DNA from: a virus
Virus record (IMG/VR): IMGVR_UViG_3300025000_000061
Span: 64,001 to 128,000 of that record
DNA: 64,000 nt
Reading direction: 5' to 3' (one strand)
Made by a program: the position numbers and the translations under genes. Below are positions 11,972 to 22,634 of this stretch, piece after piece; the first letter of the stretch is position 1, and each line of letters begins with the position of its first letter. The notes below the pieces were generated by a model. That model searched no databases, was not told the origin of the DNA, and was given only the letters and a program-made list of their open reading frames with translations.

Positions 11972-13270
11972 ATGAGTTATAATGCATACATAGTTAAAAT
12001 TAAAACTATCAGAAAACATTCAAATGCTGATAGACTTCAAGTTGCAACAGTGTTTGGAAACGATGTTATTGTAGGATTGGATGTTAAAGAAAATGATATG
12101 ATGCTATATTTTCCTACAGATGGTAGACTTAATGTAGAGTATTGTAGAGTAAATAGACTTCTTAGAGAAAAAGATGAGCAAGGTAATAATATTGGTGGTT
12201 ACATGGATGAATCAAAATGTCATGTCACAACAATAAAGTTAAGAAATGAAAGATCGGATGGCCTCTTAATGCCAATAAAAAGTTTAGAGAAATTTACTGA
12301 TATAAATACCTTAAAAGAAGGAGATACTATTTCAACTCTTAATGGGATATTAATATGTGAAAAGTATATTCCAAGAGGTAAGAATAGAAATAAAACAGAA
12401 GTAACGCCTAAAGAAAAGAAAAAGAAGAAAACTGATACAATATCTTACCCATTCTTTGAAGAGCATAGGGATACATCTCAACTAGCATATAATACAGCAC
12501 AATTTAAAGAAGGTGATTTATGTGTGATTAGTTTGAAGCTACATGGAACATCGGGTCGTAGTACATATACTATTAAAGAAAAGAAAAAATTGCTTCCATA
12601 TTGGTTATATAAAACATTGCAAATTGTGAAAATAAAAATACCAAATAAAAAATCATGGGACTATATTTCAGGAACAAGAAGGGTAATACTAAAAAATTAC
12701 GATAATGGATTTTATGGAAATGATAATTTCAGAAAAGAATGGCATGATTTTTTTGTTGATAAATTACATAAAGGCGAAACTGTTTATTATGAAATTGTAG
12801 GATATGTAAATGAAAATACAACTATTATGCCTGAATGTAACAACAAGAAAACTAAAGATAAAGAGTTTATCAAACAATATGGAGAAACTACTAGATTTAC
12901 ATATGGTTGTGAAGTAGGGCAAAATGATATTTATGTATATAGAATGACTAAAACAGATGAAGATGGTAAAGTGGTAGAGTATTCAACAAAATATACTCAA
13001 ATTAGATGTGAACAAATGGGAGTAAAATTTGTACCAGTGTTTGATAAATTTATATTTACTACAGTTGATGATTTAATGGAAAGAGTTAATACATATGTTG
13101 ATGGTGTTGATCCTATTGGTAAAAATCATATTAAAGAAGGTATTGTTGTTAGAATTGATGATCGTGAGAAATTTACTGCATTTAAACACAAAAGTTTTAT
13201 GTTCAAACTTTTAGAGGGCATTATTAAAGCAGACGATATTGTTGATATGGAAGAATTGGAATCTGCATAG
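11972..13270 (+). CDS. ATP-dependent RNA ligase (DRB0094/Rnl2-like, N-terminal OB fold)
   Basis: HSNADRLQV N-terminus; nucleotidyltransferase motifs KLHGTS, YEIVG, EGIVV, FKHK. Confidence 0.85.
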   Translation: MSYNAYIVKIKTIRKHSNADRLQVATVFGNDVIVGLDVKENDMMLYFPTDGRLNVEYCRVNRLLREKDEQGNNIGGYMDESKCHVTTIKLRNERSDGLLMPIKSLEKFTDINTLKEGDTISTLNGILICEKYIPRGKNRNKTEVTPKEKKKKKTDTISYPFFEEHRDTSQLAYNTAQFKEGDLCVISLKLHGTSGRSTYTIKEKKKLLPYWLYKTLQIVKIKIPNKKSWDYISGTRRVILKNYDNGFYGNDNFRKEWHDFFVDKLHKGETVYYEIVGYVNENTTIMPECNNKKTKDKEFIKQYGETTRFTYGCEVGQNDIYVYRMTKTDEDGKVVEYSTKYTQIRCEQMGVKFVPVFDKFIFTTVDDLMERVNTYVDGVDPIGKNHIKEGIVVRIDDREKFTAFKHKSFMFKLLEGIIKADDIVDMEELESA

Positions 13271-13282
13271 AATTATAAAATA

Positions 13283-13327
13283 ATTATACTTATATCTTAC
13301 TTTCTTACAATAAGATATAAGTATAAT
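13283..13327. other. 17-bp perfect hairpin after the RNA ligase gene
   Basis: ATTATACTTATATCTTA/TAAGATATAAGTATAAT, 11-nt loop, no U tract. Confidence 0.6.
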
Positions 13328-13345
13328 ATAAAAGGAGATAATATT

Positions 13346-13699
13346 ATGTGTGATTTAGACAAGAGATTTAAAGAAGTGCAAGAATTAAGGGATGAATTAA
13401 ATACATATCATACAGAATTACAAAGTAATCTAAGTGTTGTTGATAAAGAAATAGTAGATTTGGAACATTATATAGAATTTTATAATTTTAATGCATCTCA
13501 AGGATTTAAAGCATATAAAATGTTGCAGGAAAGATTAATTAAAAGAAGAGAGATTAAAAAATCAATTGAGAAATGCAATATTATATGGAATGGTAATGTA
13601 AGAGATTTCGCAATAGGGAAAAGTATAGACAAGCAAATGAAAAGCATTGAAAATAAGAAATATACTGCTAGAGTATTAAAGGAATTATTTGAGAATTAA
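13346..13699 (+). CDS. Conserved helical phage hypothetical protein
   Basis: DLEHYIE...NASQG...RREIK pattern; RBS. Confidence 0.6.
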   Translation: MCDLDKRFKEVQELRDELNTYHTELQSNLSVVDKEIVDLEHYIEFYNFNASQGFKAYKMLQERLIKRREIKKSIEKCNIIWNGNVRDFAIGKSIDKQMKSIENKKYTARVLKELFEN

Positions 13700-13711
13700 G
13701 GAGTTGGTTAA

Positions 13712-14644
13712 GTGGAAAAACCAAAACTAATTTGCCTCGTTGGATTACCAGCATCAGGCAAGTCATTTTATGCAAAACAATTAGCAGAACAATATAGTGC
13801 AAAAATATACTCATCAGATCAATTAAGAATAGAAATGTTTAACGATGTTAATGAATGTGATAGAAATGAAGAATTATTTAAGGAATTAAAATTAAGAGTA
13901 AAAAGTAGTTTATCTAAAGGTGAAAATGTTATTTGGGATTCTACTAATATTTCATATAAAAAACGTAAAACAATATTAGAAGAAATGAGAAAATATAATT
14001 GTGATAATATATGTTATTTGATTGCTACTCCATATGAGAAATGTTTAGAACAAAACATACATAGAGAAAGAAAAGTGCCAGAGCATATCATTAGGAAAAT
14101 GTATATGAATATTAATATACCTCAGACATATGAAGGATTTAATGAAATTAATATTATTTATAATACAAATAATATGATGTTTGATGTAAAAGAATTATTA
14201 TATTCATTAGATTTTATAGATCAAGACAATCAATATCACACATTAACAATCGGAAGACATTGTAGAAAATGTGCTGATAACATTAAAAATATGATGTATT
14301 ATAATAAAATAGTTAATGAAAATTGTGAAAATTTATATTTAGCAGGTTTATTACATGATATAGGTAAATGTTTCTGTAAATCATTTAAGAATAGTAAAGG
14401 CGAAATTACTGAAAATGCTACATATTATCAACATCATTTAGTATCTGCTTATGATAGTTTGTTTTATTTAAAAGATTTAGGTGTGAGTAAAGATGATATA
14501 TTAGAAATTACTAATTTAATTCAATGGCATATGAGATTATTTAATGAAACTGAAAAATCTAAAAAGAAATTTATTAGTATGACTAGTCAAGGATTTTATA
14601 ATGATCTATTGTTATTGCACAAGGCCGATATTAATGCAAAATAA
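13712..14644 (+). CDS. Polynucleotide kinase fused to an HD phosphoesterase (RNA end healing)
   Basis: Walker A GLPASGKS, SSD..R, DSTN; C-terminal H...LLHDIGK...H...HM...D HD domain. Confidence 0.88.
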   Translation: MEKPKLICLVGLPASGKSFYAKQLAEQYSAKIYSSDQLRIEMFNDVNECDRNEELFKELKLRVKSSLSKGENVIWDSTNISYKKRKTILEEMRKYNCDNICYLIATPYEKCLEQNIHRERKVPEHIIRKMYMNINIPQTYEGFNEINIIYNTNNMMFDVKELLYSLDFIDQDNQYHTLTIGRHCRKCADNIKNMMYYNKIVNENCENLYLAGLLHDIGKCFCKSFKNSKGEITENATYYQHHLVSAYDSLFYLKDLGVSKDDILEITNLIQWHMRLFNETEKSKKKFISMTSQGFYNDLLLLHKADINAK

Positions 14645-14647
14645 TAG

Positions 14648-14676
14648 TTGACAATATATTAATAGAATGATAAAAT
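14648..14676 (+). promoter_or_regulatory. Sigma-A promoter (extended -10)
   Basis: TTGACA-17-TAAAAT, AGAATGA. Confidence 0.8.
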
Positions 14677-14705
14677 AATAATAAATAAAAAGGGAGGTTA
14701 ATCTT

Positions 14706-15755
14706 ATAAAAACGAACATATTTATACCTAAAACTATCAAAGTAGGTTTTCAAAATCGTAATGATACATACACAAAGAAACTAGCATACGTTATCTATTA
14801 TGATCAAAAAGGCAAATTAAGGAAAGAAGTTAGCTGGAACGGCTGGAGGGATAATAAAATTGAACCACAAGAATTTGTCAATGAACCAATTTCAGGATTT
14901 GTATTAAATAAAAAAGCAGGAGATTATTCTACTCATTGGAATCATCGACAAGCATATTGTAGAGTATATGACATCAGGGACTTCGAATTTGAAATTACAA
15001 TAGAAAATCTTTTATATATCCTAGAAAACACTTCATCAATTAAAGGGAAAGGATTAGAAGGAGAATTTGTTTATGGATGGGACGGAAAGGATTTATTATT
15101 AATTCCTTGTGATTCACCTGATTATAAAGAAATGGTTAAACTTAACAATTTAAGACATGAAAAGAAAAAGTTTGATAGTAAGAATATGATTTTAGGTGCA
15201 ACATATAAAAATAATAAAAATAATGAATTAATTTATTTAGGAAGATTTTATGAAAGAAATGGTGACAATAAAGAATCAAAATCATACTTCTTTTATGACA
15301 GAAATTCAAAATATAATTATTATAAAGTTACTACTATTAAATCTTTGACAGGAAATATAATTGATATAGTAGATGAAAATTGTATTGAAGATTATTCTAA
15401 TTTAATGGATGAATTATTAAAAAGTAATTATTATTCTACTAGAGAACAGAAATATGATGAATATATGAATTATACATTAATTGAATTTAAAGAAAGTTTA
15501 AATAAACATGCATATTCATATCATAGATACTATGTTCAAGTTGAAGATAAATATGTAAAATATCATATAGAAAGATATAGAGGTTATAGTTATTATAATA
15601 GTGATTATAAATATAATGTTTATGCATTAAGCAAAGGACACAAGGATGAAGTAATTATTAGAGATGCATCAATAGAACAAGTATTCAATAAAATAAAACC
15701 TAAATATTTAGTTACATATGATAAAAATAAAAATATAATTAAGGAGTGGAAGTAA
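14706..15755 (+). CDS. Phage hypothetical protein with probable ATA start (track ORF 15132 is its C-terminal part)
   Basis: GGGAGG RBS, then ATA AAA ACG AAC; open 142 codons in frame to 15132 (KTNIFIPKTIKVGFQNRNDTYTKKLAYVIYYD...SWNGWRD). Confidence 0.8.
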   Translation: MKTNIFIPKTIKVGFQNRNDTYTKKLAYVIYYDQKGKLRKEVSWNGWRDNKIEPQEFVNEPISGFVLNKKAGDYSTHWNHRQAYCRVYDIRDFEFEITIENLLYILENTSSIKGKGLEGEFVYGWDGKDLLLIPCDSPDYKEMVKLNNLRHEKKKFDSKNMILGATYKNNKNNELIYLGRFYERNGDNKESKSYFFYDRNSKYNYYKVTTIKSLTGNIIDIVDENCIEDYSNLMDELLKSNYYSTREQKYDEYMNYTLIEFKESLNKHAYSYHRYYVQVEDKYVKYHIERYRGYSYYNSDYKYNVYALSKGHKDEVIIRDASIEQVFNKIKPKYLVTYDKNKNIIKEWK

Positions 15756-17732
15756 ACATGTTAAACAAACAAAATATAAATGATGAAAAGATTATGCAGT
15801 TAAAATTTCAGATTCAAGAGAAGAAGAAAAGTTTAAAAACTAAGAAAAGATTTACACCTTTAACAAATTGTAATTTAGAATTGGATGGAGTAAGATATAA
15901 TATCCAAGTTCCGAACAAGGAAATATTAACTACTTTATTGGTTAAATTGAATATGTATAGGTTGTCTATTATTGATCCATATTTAGAATTAATAGATGAT
16001 TTTATTATTTCTGGATATACTGTTGATGAATGGATTAAGGATATTAAATTAAAATTGGAAATTTTGAGGTATGAGGAAGAGGATAGAAAGTTGAAGGAGT
16101 TAGAAAGGAAACTTCATCAATTGCTCAGTGTCGAAAAGAAAGTAGAATTAGAAATTGGTGAGATTGAAAGTTTAATTGGTGAATAGTAAATAAATAAATT
16201 ATACCATATAGGGTATGATAATAAATAAACATACCTTATATAGTATAAAATCAAATGAGGTGAATTGATATAGATAATAATATTGATGGATATGCAAAAT
16301 TAATTACTAATCAAAAAGGTGAGTTATTATCTATTATTGAATTAAATTGTAATAATAAAGCATTTCAACAATATTTAGAGGATTCTCCAATAGAATATTT
16401 TAAGGATATAGAATATGATAATAAAAATTCTGCCATTTTAATAACATTTAAATTTAAAAGTGAAATATCATATTCTTATGAGGGCATAGAAGAGTATGAA
16501 GATTGGGTAGAAATAATTGATGAAATATTATTAGAATCTAATTATAAAGATAAGATTATTAATAATGTGAAAGAGTTATTAAATATTTTAACAAGTATTA
16601 AAAACAATACAATTGTATTTCAAAATAATTATTATGAATATAATAATTATTATTTTGAAACAGCAGGAGAGTTAGAGAAATATATTTATGAACAACTTTA
16701 TGATTTTATAAATGATTATGAAGAATATTTTGAAGATGACGATATAATAAATGTGAAATTACATAATGAAATAATGGATTATATTAATAATTATAATTTT
16801 TATTTTAAACCTATTGATATAGAATTAACAGGAAACAATGGTGTAGATTATATTAAGATTACTCAAAATTATAATCAATTTAATAATAATACTGTTTTTA
16901 TTGAAATAGGTTATTGTTGTGTTGTTATTTTTAAGAAAGTTGTTCGTGTTGAGTTTTTGACAGGATTATTTAATAAGATTTTTGTTGAAGGTATTTTAAA
17001 TATTAATGAATAAAAACAATAGCAAATTTATGTTTCATTGTGAATTTAATAGAAGGAGGGAAAATTTTTATGTACACTTATATTATATGTATGAAAAATG
17101 GCAAAGAATATAAAATCAAATGTGATTTTAATTTTAAAGATTTAATTGATAATATAATGTCGAAAAATCAAAATGAAATTAAACTATTACATTTTAATGT
17201 AGTAGATTCCAAAGATAGAATTGTTGCTATAATAGGTGGTGAGGTATCAAGTATTGAGTATTTTGTTAAAATTAATTAGTAAGATTAAAATGTTGTAGAA
17301 AATAATAGTTGACAAGATGGTATTAGAATGATAAAATAATTATAAGTAAAAAAATAAAATGGAGGAATACATATTATGAAAAAGAAAACTATGAGAGTTA
17401 ATATCCAAATGAAGGATGGTTCAGAACTTAAACAAGTTGATATATTTAAAAATAGAGAATTAGGAGATAGTATAGTTTCTACTAAATTAGAAATTGAAAA
17501 ATTGCTTAATTATGAGAATGATAAAAATGTATATTTTGGTGGGAAATATATTCAAGGTGGAATTATTCCCAAGCAAATAAGTAAGTATGAAATTATTGAA
17601 GATGAAAAAGAAATATCATTAGTATTGTTAAATTTTATTAAAGAAAATAATCATGTGTATAATTTTAATTCAAATGATGTAATGAATTTTATAATTGAGA
17701 ATAGACAAGAAATATTAAAAATATTGAGGTAA
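15746..17732 (+). CDS. Hypothetical genes (15758-16186, 16270-17013 with ATA start, 17070-17279, 17376-17732)
   Basis: RBS positions; 16270 extends the 16567 ORF by 99 open codons. Confidence 0.7.
17016..17043. repeat. 28-bp boundary site (degenerate)
   Basis: ACAATAGCAAA-TTTATG-TTTCATTGTGA. Confidence 0.45.
17309..17337 (+). promoter_or_regulatory. Sigma-A promoter (extended -10)
   Basis: TTGACA-17-TAAAAT, AGAATGA. Confidence 0.8.
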
Positions 17733-17746
17733 ATTTAGAGTAGAAA

Positions 17747-17793
17747 ATACTATATTTAGTAATACATATTTAATAAAATACTAGATATAGTAT
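17747..17793. promoter_or_regulatory. Paired NrdR-box-like palindromes
   Basis: ATACTATATTTAGTAA and ATACTAGATATAGTAT, 31-bp period. Confidence 0.6.
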
Positions 17794-17820
17794 TAATATA
17801 AATGCTGAATTTTATAATGA
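17793..17820. repeat. 28-bp 11-6-11 boundary site
   Basis: TTAATATAAAT-GCTGAA-TTTTATAATGA. Confidence 0.65.
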
Positions 17821-17848
17821 AATAATAATAAATTGGAGGGATATATTT

Positions 17849-19150
17849 TTGGAGTTAATTTATGAGACGGATAATGGAAAACTTGTTCATGGTGATAATA
17901 TTGAAGTAATGAAAGAATATGAAGATGATACATTTGATAGTGGTATTTCAGATTTTCCTTATGATTTAAAATTTATGGGTAAGAAATGGGATAATACAGG
18001 ATATTTTTATAAATGGTGCAAAGCAAGAGCAATTCAATTATATAGAATAATTAAACCAGGAGGATATGTTTGTATATTTGGTCATCCTAAGACAAATCAT
18101 AGAATGAAATGTGCTTTTGAAGATGCAGGATTTCAAATTGTAGAAGAAATTGACTGGATTTTTGGTACTGGATTTCCTAAGAATCAGGATATAGGAAAGT
18201 TGTTTGATAAAAAAGCAGGAAAAGAAAGAGAAATTATAGGTAAATATAAAACACCAGAAGGTGGTCAAATTTTATCTACTTATAATAATTGGCAAGATGA
18301 AGATTTAAAAAACGGAGAGCAAGAAAGAAGGATACCTAATATTACATTACCTACAACAGAACAAGCACAAAAATGGAACGGATGGAAAACGTCAGGTTTA
18401 AAACCAGCACATGAACCTATTACAGTATTTCAAAAACCATTAGAAGGCACATATATAAATAATATAAATATACATAATTGTGGTGCAATGAATATTGATG
18501 CTTGTAGAATTCCTACTTCACAAGATGATAAAGATATTATCAATGCAAAAGCATCTAAAAATCCAACAACTAACTATTCAGATAGTGAAAATAAAATATA
18601 TGGTGCATATGCAGAAGATAAATCAATGCCAGCAAATGAGATAGGTAGATTTCCAGTTAATATTATTCTTGATTCTTTTATGGGAGAAATATTAGATGGT
18701 CAAAGTGGGATTACAAAAAGTGGAAAAGTAAAAGAAAATAAAAATGCATACGAAGGTAAATCTAATACAGGATTTTTAAGAGGGATTACTACAATGCAAA
18801 ATCAACATGGAGATTCAGGTGGTGCGAGTAGATTTTTCTTAAAGATTGATACAGATGATTTTGTACCATTTTATTATTGTGGGAAAGCAACTAAAAAAGA
18901 AAAGGGTGAAGGGAATACTCATGTTACTGTTAAACCTAAACAATTAATTAAATGGTTAATAAAATTAGTTACTCCTATTGATGGTAAAACAATTGATATT
19001 ACAGCAGGAAGTGGAACGCATGGATTAAGTTGTGAAGAATTAAATAAAGAAGAAGGATATAATTTAAAATGGATTAATATTGAGTTGTTGAATACTGAGA
19101 AAGAACCATACTGTGAAATTGCAAAAAATAGGATTAAAAGTGTAATATAA
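17849..19150 (+). CDS. N4C/N6A DNA methyltransferase, beta class
   Basis: Catalytic SDFPY near the N-terminus; H.TVKP and DITAGSGT (SAM-binding) near the C-terminus. Confidence 0.9.
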   Translation: MELIYETDNGKLVHGDNIEVMKEYEDDTFDSGISDFPYDLKFMGKKWDNTGYFYKWCKARAIQLYRIIKPGGYVCIFGHPKTNHRMKCAFEDAGFQIVEEIDWIFGTGFPKNQDIGKLFDKKAGKEREIIGKYKTPEGGQILSTYNNWQDEDLKNGEQERRIPNITLPTTEQAQKWNGWKTSGLKPAHEPITVFQKPLEGTYINNINIHNCGAMNIDACRIPTSQDDKDIINAKASKNPTTNYSDSENKIYGAYAEDKSMPANEIGRFPVNIILDSFMGEILDGQSGITKSGKVKENKNAYEGKSNTGFLRGITTMQNQHGDSGGASRFFLKIDTDDFVPFYYCGKATKKEKGEGNTHVTVKPKQLIKWLIKLVTPIDGKTIDITAGSGTHGLSCEELNKEEGYNLKWINIELLNTEKEPYCEIAKNRIKSVI

Positions 19151-19171
19151 AAATACATATAACTATACATA

Positions 19172-19219
19172 TAACTATATGTAGTATGTATTATAATTTT
19201 AAACTACTACATATAGTAA
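19172..19219. promoter_or_regulatory. Paired NrdR-box-like palindromes
   Basis: TAACTATATGTAGTAT and CTACTACATATAGTAA, 32-bp period. Confidence 0.6.
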
Positions 19220-19223
19220 AAAA

Positions 19224-19251
19224 TCATTACAAATTCGCAGTTTTATTCAAA
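19224..19251. repeat. 28-bp 11-6-11 boundary site
   Basis: TCATTACAAAT-TCGCAG-TTTTATTCAAA. Confidence 0.7.
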
Positions 19252-19282
19252 ATATTATCACAAAAAAGGAGAAATTAAATTT

Positions 19283-19696
19283 ATGTATTCAATTCAATCA
19301 GAAATAACATTTAATTCAGCTCATTTCCTACAAAATTATAAAGGTAAATGTAGTACAATTCATGGTCACAATTGGAAAGTTATAGCAGAAGTGCAATCAG
19401 AAAAATTACATAATGATATGGTTATGGATTTTAAGGAATTAAAAAATTATTTAAAAGAGATAGAAAAATTATTTGATCATAAATTAATTATTAAAAAAGA
19501 CAGTCTAAAAGATAATACTATTCAATGTTTAAAAGATGAAGGTTTTGAATTGGCAATTGTTGATTTTAATACAACAGCTGAAAATTTTGCAAAACATATC
19601 TATTACATATTAAAAAATAAATATAATTTAAATGTAAGGAAAGTAAATATATATGAAACTGAAAATAATAAAGCATCTTATTGGGAAGGAAATTAA
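19283..19696 (+). CDS. queD: 6-carboxytetrahydropterin synthase
   Basis: FNSAHFL, CxxxHGH, TAEN motifs. Confidence 0.93.
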   Translation: MYSIQSEITFNSAHFLQNYKGKCSTIHGHNWKVIAEVQSEKLHNDMVMDFKELKNYLKEIEKLFDHKLIIKKDSLKDNTIQCLKDEGFELAIVDFNTTAENFAKHIYYILKNKYNLNVRKVNIYETENNKASYWEGN

Positions 19697-19699
19697 ATT

Positions 19700-20338
19700 A
19701 TGAATGTAATTGAAAAATACATAAGTGTTGAAGGAGAGGGAATATTTCAAGGTTATCCAACTGTATTTATAAGATTTACAGGATGCAATTTAAAATGCTC
19801 ATATTGTGACAGTTTATATGCACATGATGTAGAAAATAGTAGTAAATATAAAATTACTAATATATTAAGTTATATATTAAAAACAAAAATAAAAAAAGTT
19901 ACACTAACTGGTGGAGAACCTTTATGTCAAGACAATATTTATAAATTAATTAATATATTACTATATAATAAAATTAATGTGAATATAGAAACTAATGGCT
20001 CTATATTAATAAACAATATAAATAATAATGCAGTTATAACTATGGATTACAAACTTCCATCAAGTAATATGGAATCATTTATGTTATTAGATAATTTAAA
20101 GTTACTTAAATTAGATGATGTATTAAAGTTTGTTTGCTCAGATGAAAATGATTTAAAAACTGCATTAAATATTATTAATAAATATACTCCACAATGCAAT
20201 ATATATTTTAGTCCTGTATTTAACACTATACAACCAAAAAGAATAGTTGAATTTATATTAGATAATAAATTATTTAATTGTAGAATGCAATTACAAATCC
20301 ATAAATATATTTGGGGCAAAGAAACGAGAGGTGTTTAA
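19700..20338 (+). CDS. queE: 7-carboxy-7-deazaguanine synthase (radical SAM)
   Basis: GEG...FIRFTGCNLKCSYCD, TGGEP, IETNG, QIHK. Confidence 0.93.
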   Translation: MNVIEKYISVEGEGIFQGYPTVFIRFTGCNLKCSYCDSLYAHDVENSSKYKITNILSYILKTKIKKVTLTGGEPLCQDNIYKLINILLYNKINVNIETNGSILINNINNNAVITMDYKLPSSNMESFMLLDNLKLLKLDDVLKFVCSDENDLKTALNIINKYTPQCNIYFSPVFNTIQPKRIVEFILDNKLFNCRMQLQIHKYIWGKETRGV

Positions 20339-20341
20339 TTT

Positions 20342-20980
20342 ATGAAAAATGACAAATGTGTTGTTGTATTATCAGGTGGTCAAGATTCAACAACTTGCTT
20401 ATTTTGGGCAATAAAAAATTTTAATTATGTTGAAGCAATAGGTTTTGATTATGACCAAAAACACAGGTTAGAACTTAGATGTGCAAAAGAAATATGTGAT
20501 AAACAAAGTATTAAATATACTGTACTTGATTTAAGTTTACTTAATCAGTTGACAATTAATGCACTTACAAGAGATGATATTATTCCTGAAATGGTAAATG
20601 GAAAATCTACTGCATTTGTAGATGGTAGAAATCTTCTTTTCTTAACTTTTGCTTCAATTTATGCAAAACAAAAAGGTATAAATAATATTATTACAGGTGT
20701 ATGCGAAACTGATTTTAGTGGGTACTCCGATTGCAGAGATATATTTATTAAATCATTAAATGTAACATTGAATTTAGCAATGGATTATAATTTTGTTATT
20801 CACACTCCTTTAATGTGGTTAAATAAAAAAGAAACATGGGAATTAGCAGATAAATTGGGATGTATTGATATTGTTAAAAATGAAACATTAACTTGTTATA
20901 ATGGAATTGTAGGAGATGGATGTGGTGAGTGTCCGGCTTGTAAATTGAGATTGAAAGGTTATGAAGAATATTTAAAATGA
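20342..20980 (+). CDS. queC: 7-cyano-7-deazaguanine (preQ0) synthase
   Basis: SGGQDS PP-loop, GRN, YSDCR, CYNG...CGECPAC zinc site. Confidence 0.95.
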   Translation: MKNDKCVVVLSGGQDSTTCLFWAIKNFNYVEAIGFDYDQKHRLELRCAKEICDKQSIKYTVLDLSLLNQLTINALTRDDIIPEMVNGKSTAFVDGRNLLFLTFASIYAKQKGINNIITGVCETDFSGYSDCRDIFIKSLNVTLNLAMDYNFVIHTPLMWLNKKETWELADKLGCIDIVKNETLTCYNGIVGDGCGECPACKLRLKGYEEYLK

Positions 20981-21007
20981 TAAAATAAATAATATTGATT
21001 AAAATAG

Positions 21008-21037
21008 TTGACAAATATATTAATATTGTGTTAAAAT
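21008..21037 (+). promoter_or_regulatory. Sigma-A promoter for the DUF6884/TGT-like unit
   Basis: TTGACA-18-TAAAAT with TG extension. Confidence 0.7.
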
Positions 21038-21065
21038 AAATCAACAAATAAAATATAGAAAGGAA

Positions 21066-21491
21066 ATGAAACTGATTAAAATTGCATTAATTAGTTGTAC
21101 AAAGTTAAAACAAACATATCAATGCGAAGCACAAGAAATGTATTTACCATCACAATTATTTAAAAAAGCATCTTACTATATCAAACAACAGAATTATAAT
21201 AATTGGTTTATACTTTCTGCAAAATATGGTTTACTTAATCCTAGTGATTTAATTGAATCATATGATTTAACTCTAAATAATATGAAATCAATAGAAGTTA
21301 AAAAATGGTCGCAAAAAGTATTTAATCAGTTAATTAATTATGATATTTATGAAATTGATTTTTATGCTGGTGAAAAATACAGAAAATATCTTATTTCATT
21401 ATTAGAACAAAGAAATATTATATGTAATATCCCATTAAAAGGATTAGGTATAGGTCAACAATTAAAATTTTATAAGGAGGCAATAATATGA
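21066..21491 (+). CDS. DUF6884-like protein
   Basis: ISCTKLK...A.EMY.S.LF, ILSAKYGL, AGEKY, GIGQQL pattern. Confidence 0.7.
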   Translation: MKLIKIALISCTKLKQTYQCEAQEMYLPSQLFKKASYYIKQQNYNNWFILSAKYGLLNPSDLIESYDLTLNNMKSIEVKKWSQKVFNQLINYDIYEIDFYAGEKYRKYLISLLEQRNIICNIPLKGLGIGQQLKFYKEAII

Positions 21492-21709
21492 AAATTAATA
21501 ACAAATGGAAAATAAATAAAGGTGATGATGTGACAATTAAAGCACAGGGTATTACTGTAAAAGGAGATGTTTTATCAGCAGAATATTATGAAGATGGTGG
21601 ATGGTATATTGAATTAATTAATGCTAATGTCCCTGGTGGATATAGTTATTATAAACAAAAATATGATGGTGGAAATGTAGTGAATGTTCAAAAGATGGTG
21701 ATTAATTGA
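21488..21709 (+). CDS. Small beta-rich hypothetical protein
   Basis: AGGAGG RBS; overlaps both neighbours by 4 nt. Confidence 0.7.
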   Translation: MKINNKWKINKGDDVTIKAQGITVKGDVLSAEYYEDGGWYIELINANVPGGYSYYKQKYDGGNVVNVQKMVIN

Positions 21710-22515
21710 TTTTATATGTGTCAAAAACAAATGATAAATTAAACACAAAAGAATTAAATACTGAATTTCTTTCTGAATATTTATGTTTAAATCCTAAATA
21801 TAATGTATCTATTAAAAATCCAAATGTTAAAGTATTACTAGATTCTGGTGCTTTCCAAGATAAAGAAAAAGAAAAAAGATTGTCTTTACAAGAAGCATTA
21901 AATAGACAGTTAAATTTTGAAAAAAAAGTAGGTTTTATATCTGAACGTATCGTTGCCTATGATTATATAGGCAACGTAAAAGAAACTATAGAAGCAAATA
22001 AATTCTTAGTAGAAAAGAGAGAAGAATTAGAACCAAGACAATTAGTATTAATGATTCAAGGAAATACTACACATGATTACATACATTGTTTAGTAGAAAC
22101 TTTATTAATAACGAAATCAGAAGATTGTATAGGATTTGGTGGAGTTGCATTGGCTGGTAGAGAAAATAATACTAAATTTAAATTATTAGATGCATTTAAA
22201 ATTGGATTGCCGATAATTTATAATAGTGGGATAAAAAACATACATATCTTTGGAGTGGGTAGTTTTACAGTATTAAAAGAGATTACTAATATAAAAAACA
22301 TATTTAAACAGTTATATATTGATACTGATGAATTAAATATAAGTTGTGATACTGCTGCTTTTGAAATTAGATCGACAATGGGAAGTGTGATAAATTTAGA
22401 AGAAGAGAAATGGGAAAAGGTTTATACAAAAGCACAAAAATACATAAATTATCATCCAGCAGATTTAACTATAGAAAATATTAATAAAGCATTACAAATT
22501 ATAAGTAAAATATAA
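21706..22515 (+). CDS. TGT-fold transglycosylase (DpdA-like), probably a DNA guanine/7-deazaguanine exchanger
   Basis: LDSGAFQ, YD, IQG, FGG, HIFGVG and SCD match the TGT catalytic elements; no C-terminal CxCxxC zinc site; near queDEC. Confidence 0.75.
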   Translation: MILYVSKTNDKLNTKELNTEFLSEYLCLNPKYNVSIKNPNVKVLLDSGAFQDKEKEKRLSLQEALNRQLNFEKKVGFISERIVAYDYIGNVKETIEANKFLVEKREELEPRQLVLMIQGNTTHDYIHCLVETLLITKSEDCIGFGGVALAGRENNTKFKLLDAFKIGLPIIYNSGIKNIHIFGVGSFTVLKEITNIKNIFKQLYIDTDELNISCDTAAFEIRSTMGSVINLEEEKWEKVYTKAQKYINYHPADLTIENINKALQIISKI

Positions 22516-22516
22516 A

Positions 22517-22544
22517 TCAACATAAAACAGTAGTTTTATAGCAA
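22517..22544. repeat. 28-bp 11-6-11 boundary site
   Basis: TCAACATAAAA-CAGTAG-TTTTATAGCAA. Confidence 0.7.
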
Positions 22545-22592
22545 AATAATAATATAATTAAATAAACAAAATAAACTATAATTAATCTGTCG

Positions 22593-22621
22593 TTTAATGA
22601 GAAAGAATTATATGTTATAAT
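22593..22621 (+). promoter_or_regulatory. Extended -10 promoter for the Mom-like gene
   Basis: TTTAAT-17-TATAAT with TG extension. Confidence 0.55.
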
Positions 22622-22634
22622 AATATTAGGAAGG

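Noticed and set aside
21706-22515. Canonical tRNA-guanine transglycosylase (tgt)
   Set aside because: Too short, no zinc-binding CxCxxC, and the context favours DNA modification.
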